A program made the translations under genes and the position numbers. Shown piece by piece: positions 35,971-41,529 of a stretch of DNA of 41,529 nucleotides (positions are counted from its first letter, which is position 1; the number at the start of each line of letters is the position of its first letter). The notes beneath the pieces are model-generated. The model was not told the origin of the DNA, did not search any database, and worked only from the letters and a program-made list of their open reading frames with translations. Source of the DNA: a virus (lineage: Duplodnaviria; Caudoviricetes); IMG/VR virus record IMGVR_UViG_3300037722_000461, positions 1 through 41,529 of that record. One strand, given 5' to 3'.

Positions 35971-36653
35971 GGCTGCATATCCTTTTTTGCTGGCATTTCA
36001 ACAGGGATCAGCTTCCCGCTCTTCGCCCTGGATTTCGCCGCTTTGTGACTGAAACAGGTTCGCGCATGACCGCTGTACTCGTAGCGGTTGGGCGTCTCAA
36101 ATCCACACTCACAGCGATACAACTTCGCTTCCACCGTCGCTGCCTTCGCTGATTTATTCGCTGAGCGACCTTTGAGCGACGCTGAGCGACGCTGAGCGAC
36201 GCTGAGCGACTCGTTGAGCGACGCTGGAGCGACGCTAGCGATCGCTGGCAGCGACATGAGCGACCCGTCAGCGAAGGCTACCAGCGAGATGGCGATGTCC
36301 ACCAGCGACGCTGAAATGATCGCAACCATCACCTTTACGGCGGGAAAATCGCTCCACAGCCCGCCCATCGTTTTGTAATTGATCGGAGCCAGGAACATGG
36401 GAGTCAACACCAACAGTGCCACAAATGCCGTGTAGGAGAATTGCCTGGCTTTCTTCGCTCTCAGTTTTGGCAGTCGGCTCGCGGAGTAGGCCAGGCTCAC
36501 GTTCACAACCACACCAGCTATCAAACCGCCGATATCCGACCATTGACTGGTCGGGTCGATCTCATGAAACGCCCTTGCGAACTGCGTGGATTGGAACGCC
36601 GCAGCCAGGTACAGCAACACAGTTCCAAATGATGGCTTTTTAATTTTCTTCAT
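35967..36653 (-). CDS. Four-TM membrane protein with C-terminal C2HC Zn finger
   Basis: Start MKKIKKP; hydrophobic segments; CECG...H...C. Confidence 0.65.
   Translation of the reverse strand: MKKIKKPSFGTVLLYLAAAFQSTQFARAFHEIDPTSQWSDIGGLIAGVVVNVSLAYSASRLPKLRAKKARQFSYTAFVALLVLTPMFLAPINYKTMGGLWSDFPAVKVMVAIISASLVDIAISLVAFADGSLMSLPAIASVAPASLNESLSVAQRRSASLKGRSANKSAKAATVEAKLYRCECGFETPNRYEYSGHARTCFSHKAAKSRAKSGKLIPVEMPAKKDMQP
36160..36264 (+). repeat. Tandem ~10-bp GCTGAGCGAC repeats
   Basis: ~10 AGCGAC-core copies, 4 of them exact. Confidence 0.7.
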
Positions 36654-36867
36654 CGTTATCGTCCGTGAATAAAATTTCCTGCGCTGATTCAGGCTCACCT
36701 CTGACTTCAATGTCCAGATCGAACACAATTCCTTCCTGGACTGCCTGATCCACAACTCGTTCCCATTGCTTCGACATGATCAAATCTCTTTGCAGTCGGC
36801 TCTTGAAATAAGCTTTCTGTGCCATGCGCATTTCGCTTACCACTTTCACAAATCGAGTAACATTCAT
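36640..36867 (-). CDS. Hypothetical phage protein
   Basis: GGAGG RBS; MR.AQK.YFK.R...L..SK..E..VD. Confidence 0.65.
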   Translation of the reverse strand: MNVTRFVKVVSEMRMAQKAYFKSRLQRDLIMSKQWERVVDQAVQEGIVFDLDIEVRGEPESAQEILFTDDNDEEN

Positions 36868-36869
36868 CC

Positions 36870-36974
36870 CTAGCCTCCTCCAACGATCTGAAACATCTTC
36901 ACGATCGTCCAGATGAAAAGCACCACGCAAACCACCAGCGATATCTTCTCGTTGTAGCTCTCTGTGAATTTCAT
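36870..36974 (-). CDS. Small membrane peptide
   Basis: GGAGG RBS; MKFTESYNEK plus one TM. Confidence 0.45.
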   Translation of the reverse strand: MKFTESYNEKISLVVCVVLFIWTIVKMFQIVGGG

Positions 36975-37174
36975 GAGACACCTCCCAGCGCTTCCACCAC
37001 GCTCTCGATCTCGAAGAACTCCACGGCGCGCGGGTCCATTTTCAGCGCGAACTCCCATGAGTCGGGGTTGTAGTACACCACTGTGGCGCTCATGGCCCTG
37101 GCAAGCGAAGCAATCAACGAGACCGCCGCTTCACGCTTCGCTCTTTCAACCTGTTTCTTTTTCTGTTCAGTCAT
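36971..37174 (-). CDS. Hypothetical protein
   Basis: AAGGAG RBS; MTEQKKK. Confidence 0.55.
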   Translation of the reverse strand: MTEQKKKQVERAKREAAVSLIASLARAMSATVVYYNPDSWEFALKMDPRAVEFFEIESVVEALGGVS

Positions 37175-37332
37175 AAGTAACTCCTTCCAGTAATATGACA
37201 TTCATCGCTCGTATGACATTCTTCCTGCCACTCCCCCACCGTGTTTTTTGGGCATGATTCTCATGAGTATGAGCGGAATCATGGGGTTTCCGCGTAAATC
37301 ATGGATCACAGACACGATGGGGAAGGGGACTA

Positions 37333-38361
37333 TCACAACTGATAACTCGGCTCCCGATCACCGCCCCACTCATCTGTCTTCTCGGGCGGCGCCTCGAAAT
37401 CAAATCCTTGCGGCAACTTTTGCGAATCAAGCCAGCCGATCAGGAACTCAGACAACTCGTCCGTCGGAGCGAGCTGCCCGTCTTTCGTGGGGTTCGCAAA
37501 CCCAACCAGCGGATCGCGCAGCCAGGCTCGCAATCGCAAAATAACATCGCGCTTGAGCAGTGTCCCAGAGCCTTCCCAATTATTGATGGCAAGCGTCTTC
37601 CTGCCCTGGGTGACGCCCCGGGCAAACTCTGTGAGTTGATCAGGTGAGCAGGGGATGACGTGCCGCCTTGAACTGGCGCCGTTATCACGGGTGTTCTTGA
37701 GCCAGACAACGGTCTCTTCCTCGTTCTCGTCATCATCATCATCGTCTCGTGACAAGCCCATCGTGGGCGGATAAATGAATATATAAACAACGATCCCGAG
37801 AATGAATATCCCAAATGAAAATTGGAAAAAGAATCCCATCCAGCCAAATTTAGACCTGTTCTGCGCATCGGCCATTAGTGCCATTTGCGTCGGCACGTGC
37901 GCGGTGATGGTCCATTGAGCCTGGACGAACTGTTGCTGAGACGGTATCTGCGTGTTGAGCACAGCCTGCTGTGTCGCTGTCAGCGGGATCGTTGTGGCTG
38001 CCGCGCTCTGCGTCCAAGCATATATCTGTTGAACTCGCTCCTCATACGCCGCTGTCATCTGCAATTGTTCCATCACTCTTTGCTCGAACTGTGCAGTGAC
38101 AATCGCATTGACTCGCCGCGCTTCGTCCGCAGTCTGCTGCGCAATGATCGCCGTGGACTGGTAATCCACAGTGGCGGTCGGGATGGGCGTCTGAGTGGCG
38201 CGGATCGTCGGCGTCATTGGGATGGTTGCAGCAGACCCAACGAAAGCCGCCCCCGCTGTTTCCTTGGGTCTCACTCCATAAGAGGCGCGAGACACTAGAA
38301 GCGCGCGGAGACCGAGGATGCCCATCCCAATCACTACAACCAACACCAGGAACTTCTTCAT
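37333..38361 (-). CDS. Membrane-anchored protein (TAQA-rich stalk, two TM)
   Basis: MKKFLVLVVV N-terminal TM; second TM; cytoplasmic domain. Confidence 0.65.
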   Translation of the reverse strand: MKKFLVLVVVIGMGILGLRALLVSRASYGVRPKETAGAAFVGSAATIPMTPTIRATQTPIPTATVDYQSTAIIAQQTADEARRVNAIVTAQFEQRVMEQLQMTAAYEERVQQIYAWTQSAAATTIPLTATQQAVLNTQIPSQQQFVQAQWTITAHVPTQMALMADAQNRSKFGWMGFFFQFSFGIFILGIVVYIFIYPPTMGLSRDDDDDDENEEETVVWLKNTRDNGASSRRHVIPCSPDQLTEFARGVTQGRKTLAINNWEGSGTLLKRDVILRLRAWLRDPLVGFANPTKDGQLAPTDELSEFLIGWLDSQKLPQGFDFEAPPEKTDEWGGDREPSYQL

Positions 38362-38552
38362 AACGTCTCCTGCTCGAACCCAAAACACGAACTGATCAGC
38401 GCTGCGATCTTCCATTGGCACCAACCTGCCCCGATGATCAATAGACCAGCAATTACCAGCGGAAGGAAAAACCACACGTTCCGCAATCTATCGTCGGGGA
38501 TCAACTGCGTGCCGAGAAGCCAGATCGCGAACATCCACAACATGACCGTCAT
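38358..38552 (-). CDS. Small membrane protein
   Basis: MTVMLWMF; overlaps neighbours by ATGA/ATAA-type coupling. Confidence 0.5.
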   Translation of the reverse strand: MTVMLWMFAIWLLGTQLIPDDRLRNVWFFLPLVIAGLLIIGAGWCQWKIAALISSCFGFEQETL

Positions 38553-38914
38553 TTGCTCTCCTGATTGATGTACTCGACAATCTCTCTGGCTGTCCAATCG
38601 TCTGCCGCACCCGTCAGTTTTATATTCCACTTTCTTCGCCCCGCATGCTCCCAGGTTTGAATCGAAGATAATGTCATCTTCGAGCGCAGTTGGTCAACAT
38701 CCCCCGTGACATTTATAGTGTAAGCATCTATCCGATGAGCGTGAGGTCTGACTGGTCGATAGTCTCTTGATCCGTGCCGAGACGTGAACCAGCCAAACCA
38801 CAGAAGCAGAATACCGCTGAATAAATATATAAACTGGTCACTGCTGAAAAACTGCTGTGTCAATCCCTTATAGACCGAAGCCGCTGCAAAAAAATAAAAG
38901 ATAGAAGCCATCAT
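38549..38914 (-). CDS. Membrane protein
   Basis: Two N-terminal TMs. Confidence 0.55.
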   Translation of the reverse strand: MMASIFYFFAAASVYKGLTQQFFSSDQFIYLFSGILLLWFGWFTSRHGSRDYRPVRPHAHRIDAYTINVTGDVDQLRSKMTLSSIQTWEHAGRRKWNIKLTGAADDWTAREIVEYINQESK

Positions 38915-38918
38915 CCAC

Positions 38919-39218
38919 CTACCACGGCCAGCCGATGTAGCCAGCGAACATCAGCACGATCACAACGAGCGCGATCAGGATCGCATACTCTGAGCAACTC
39001 CCGCCGCCCTCCCCCGCAGGGAAGTGGAACAACGCGCTGACTTTCGCGCGCGGTGTCAGGCAGTTCGAGTCCTGCAAATGGCTGGCAGTCTCGTCGTTCA
39101 AAACGAAGCGCACCAGCTTATGGACCGCGATCACCGCGCCGTTCCCATCCCTCAATTCGAAGTTTCCCTGCTCGGTGCCTTCACCCAGGGGGGTCTCGAT
39201 CTTATTGTTTGTCGCCAT
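38919..39218 (-). CDS. Hypothetical protein with C-terminal Flp-pilin-like segment
   Basis: G|GSCSEYAILIALVVIVL. Confidence 0.55.
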   Translation of the reverse strand: MATNNKIETPLGEGTEQGNFELRDGNGAVIAVHKLVRFVLNDETASHLQDSNCLTPRAKVSALFHFPAGEGGGSCSEYAILIALVVIVLMFAGYIGWPW

Positions 39219-39546
39219 TGAACACGCTCCTTCCAGCGTCTGTAATTCGGCACACCATCTGCATCTCGTTCGCGCGGCTCCTCCGCGTTTCGCCAGTCGC
39301 CTCGATCAGATTCATCTCGCGCAGGTCTGAGCAACGGCGCCAGTAAGCGGCGCGCGCCTCGAAGAGACCCGTCCTCACGCCAGCCTCTTCATCGGTCAGA
39401 CCGTTCCCGCCCGCCCCTGCGTAGGCTCCCAGCAGGAGCGCCTTGTGGCTGCCCTGCCTGATGACCACGTTCGCCGCCGCCATGTGACTGGTGGTCGGGT
39501 CGTGCCTGCGAGCCATCGGGAAAAACATATTAAGTTGTTCATCCAT
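39202..39546 (-). CDS. Winged-helix DNA-binding protein
   Basis: ARRHDPTTSH.AA, GLTDEE, RRCSDL...GETR. Confidence 0.7.
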   Translation of the reverse strand: MDEQLNMFFPMARRHDPTTSHMAAANVVIRQGSHKALLLGAYAGAGGNGLTDEEAGVRTGLFEARAAYWRRCSDLREMNLIEATGETRRSRANEMQMVCRITDAGRSVFNGDKQ

Positions 39547-39643
39547 ATTGATTCACCTTTCGCCTCCGCCCTGGCGGGTACCACTACCCGCCAGGGGAAT
39601 AAGGAGGAGAACTCCAAACGCAATGAGGCTCTGCGTAATGGAC

Positions 39644-40165
39644 TTATTCTTCGATCTGCTGAATCAGCTTCAGCTCGATCAGTTTCTCGTGCGCGGCGCT
39701 CAACTCATGGGTGGCTTCGGCCAGTTGTAATACGCGCACCGTCGCGTCATTTTCCTTCATGGCCTTGCCTGTCAGCCGCATGGCTTCCTTCACGTCCATG
39801 GTGGCGTCGTCGATGCGGCCGTTGGCGGCGTAGGGCAGGCGCTTGCGGCGCGGCGTCTTTTTGGCTTCGACCCGTTTATGAGTGCGCTTGAATTCGCCGA
39901 AGATCATCGGTAAACCGTCCGCCAGGAAAAGGATCAGCATCAGCAGCCCAGCCTTCCACGAGAAGAGAGCGGCGACCGCTATCGTCACCAGGTTGCCAAG
40001 CCCAACGTAGATGGATGCATGCTCGTCGCTTCCATCCAGCCGGTCCATCAGTTTGTTGTAAAAGTGCCCAAAGATCGGCAGTAAAAAAAGGGCGGCTACT
40101 GCCATCGGCCAGAACAATTTCGCCGCAAATTCGTTTAGAAAATCTCCCAAATTCACATTTGACAT
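39644..40165 (-). CDS. Membrane protein
   Basis: Three hydrophobic segments plus a helical tail. Confidence 0.6.
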   Translation of the reverse strand: MSNVNLGDFLNEFAAKLFWPMAVAALFLLPIFGHFYNKLMDRLDGSDEHASIYVGLGNLVTIAVAALFSWKAGLLMLILFLADGLPMIFGEFKRTHKRVEAKKTPRRKRLPYAANGRIDDATMDVKEAMRLTGKAMKENDATVRVLQLAEATHELSAAHEKLIELKLIQQIEE

Positions 40166-40175
40166 TGCGCCTGTG

Positions 40176-40262
40176 CTATTCTGAATTCGGAAGGAGATAC
40201 CAATCGATGATCACGACCACCGCGCCAACGATCCCGAAAAAGATGATCGCTCCAACGCTCAT
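40176..40262 (-). CDS. 28-aa membrane peptide
   Basis: GGAGG RBS, ATGA overlap; MSVGAIIFFGIVGAVVVII. Confidence 0.4.
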   Translation of the reverse strand: MSVGAIIFFGIVGAVVVIIDWYLLPNSE

Positions 40263-40582
40263 TCGACCTCCACCAGCCTGCTCATCCATTGCAAGAACTT
40301 GTCGTGCCAGTTTTGCGTCCCGTGAAACAGATCCCAACCCTCTGAGACCAGGTTTTTAACATCCCGCTCGAGTTCGAAGAAGTTTCGGGCGACGATCAGG
40401 CGGTATTGCTGCGTCGGCTCTCTATCGACCATCCACTGCGCCACGTCGAACTTGTGGACCGTTATCAACTGTCCGACCAGGTCCCAGCCCTGCGCCAGTT
40501 TAAGGTGCACCATCATTTCGAGCGCCTCGGGGTTCGCGGATTTGAGCAGTTCGATCTGGATCATCAGATCCTCCTGTGGCAT
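40259..40582 (-). CDS. Tandem DUF1737-like protein
   Basis: LE..V...L..GWDL.G....QWM repeated twice. Confidence 0.55.
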   Translation of the reverse strand: MPQEDLMIQIELLKSANPEALEMMVHLKLAQGWDLVGQLITVHKFDVAQWMVDREPTQQYRLIVARNFFELERDVKNLVSEGWDLFHGTQNWHDKFLQWMSRLVEVE

Positions 40583-40601
40583 CTTATCTTGTTCCCGTGC
40601 T

Positions 40602-40796
40602 TCATGACTCGCGCTCCATCTCATCGACAAGCTGGCACATCTCGCACACGCCGCACAGACGTTCATCCTCGTGCATGAGAGGTTCCTCGCATTTGAGACA
40701 GTTGTAATAATAGGGAGCGTATTCCTGATCATGCACCGTCACGCGGATGATCCTGCGGGCTTCTCTTGTAGAGAGATTGATGTTCGCAGCCATCAT
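40602..40796 (-). CDS. Small Zn-finger protein
   Basis: CLKC...CGVC. Confidence 0.55.
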   Translation of the reverse strand: MMAANINLSTREARRIIRVTVHDQEYAPYYYNCLKCEEPLMHEDERLCGVCEMCQLVDEMERES

Positions 40797-41065
40797 TGCG
40801 CCTCGGCTGCCTTTTCGCGCATTTGAAGGATGACCTTCCCCAGCTGGTGACGGTCGTCATCTTCGGGGTAATAGCGTGTCAACGCATCCGCAACGGCGCC
40901 AGGCATTTTGTTTCCGCCCGTGAACCAGTTGAAGACCGATTGATGCGTGCGTTTGTAGAGTTCAGGGATACCGTCGTTCAAGTAGTCGGCGGCTTCGCGG
41001 AAAGTCATATCCCCGATCACATTGCAAAGCACATCCGCTTCCTTCAATTTTTTATTGATGATCAT
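40793..41065 (-). CDS. Cro-like HTH regulator
   Basis: MTFREAADYL...THQSVFNWFTG..MP; divergent from the repressor. Confidence 0.65.
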   Translation of the reverse strand: MIINKKLKEADVLCNVIGDMTFREAADYLNDGIPELYKRTHQSVFNWFTGGNKMPGAVADALTRYYPEDDDRHQLGKVILQMREKAAEAQ

Positions 41066-41228
41066 TACCGCTCCTGAATTCGTAGAATCTCTCCCCAGTT
41101 GCGACGAACGGCTCCATGCTCGGATACCTGAATAATGCCCAGCACAGAACGCATCCGCAGATGCGCCCATCGGCATGGACTTTCAATACGCCTTTCCCGC
41201 ATGTAGGACAGTGCTCAGTCTCGTTCAT
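41052..41228 (-). CDS. Small Zn-ribbon protein, first early gene (58 aa)
   Basis: GAAGGA RBS; MNETEHCPTCG...CVLC. Confidence 0.5.
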   Translation of the reverse strand: MNETEHCPTCGKGVLKVHADGRICGCVLCWALFRYPSMEPFVATGERFYEFRSGNDHQ

Positions 41229-41289
41229 AGTTTCCTTCCGTTCCGTTCATCCCTGCTGGGGCAGGGGAGTTGTCTCATATAGTGAATTA

Positions 41290-41308
41290 TTGTCACTTGG
41301 TGTGACAA
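41290..41308. promoter_or_regulatory. Palindromic operator at the lytic promoter
   Basis: TTGTCAC-N5-GTGACAA immediately downstream of the -10. Confidence 0.65.
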
Positions 41309-41309
41309 C

Positions 41310-41337
41310 ATTATACATGAACGGACTAACTTGTCAA
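41310..41337 (-). promoter_or_regulatory. Early lytic promoter
   Basis: TTGACA-16 bp-TATAAT. Confidence 0.8.
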
Positions 41338-41342
41338 GCCCC

Positions 41343-41371
41343 TTTACAGGAAATTGCAACATGTTTATATT
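41343..41371 (+). promoter_or_regulatory. Repressor promoter, probably giving leaderless mRNA
   Basis: TTTACA-17 bp-TATATT, 7 nt before the GTG start; no SD. Confidence 0.6.
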
Positions 41372-41378
41372 TACCCCT

Positions 41379-41529
41379 GTGAGTGTTCCCGAATTTCTCA
41401 ATAAGAAGTTTCTTGACTGGCAGGTGCAGGAGGGGGAGCGGAAAACGATATCTGAATATGCAGGATTATTTGGAGCCCGTCATAATTTGATGACAATGTG
41501 GATGAATGGAACACGTTCGCCAGGTCCAG
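41379..41529 (+). CDS. CI-like HTH repressor, N-terminal part (runs off window end)
   Basis: MSVPEFLNKKFLDWQ...RKTISEYAGLFGARHNLMTMWMNGTRSPGP XRE-type HTH; divergent from the Cro-like gene. Confidence 0.75.
   Translation, partial: MSVPEFLNKKFLDWQVQEGERKTISEYAGLFGARHNLMTMWMNGTRSPGP

Noticed and set aside
37190-37332. ATGA/TCAT-rich intergenic short repeats
   Set aside because: No consistent unit or structure; may be a degenerate 3' end of the upstream gene.

Overview
The window is an essentially complete (~41.5 kb), circularly permuted temperate siphovirus genome. A repressor-like HTH gene appears split between the window end (41379-41529) and its start (1-180). The inferred host is Chloroflexota/Anaerolineae, based on lipoprotein style, a GAAC-N4-GTTC box and attC style. 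The + strand carries the immunity/lysogeny module: repressor, lipoprotein, attP matching the 3' half of tRNA-Pro, an Xis-like gene and a tyrosine integrase. The - strand carries early/replication genes, HNH-terS-terL, portal, S49 protease, capsid, tail genes (with a -1 frameshift chaperone) and lysis genes (GH25 endolysin, holin-like), with a stand-alone HD-GYP gene in the lysis cassette. The main finding is a complete integron inside the late operon between terL and portal. Its intact integron integrase is translationally coupled to terL and is followed, in the same orientation, by ~8 attC-bounded cassettes (29563->23842). The cassettes are unusual in four ways. (1) ORFs read through the attC left arm so that a C-terminal module, often a Zn ribbon, lies inside the attC loop. 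(2) Cassette leaders contain an inverted, loop-deleted copy of the cassette's own circular-form attC. (3) Extra genes are nested in leader hairpins. (4) Different cassettes reuse the same scaffold with different cargo. One cassette carries a self-promoted ibrAB operon. All calls come from manual reading and motif recognition; no database searches were run.
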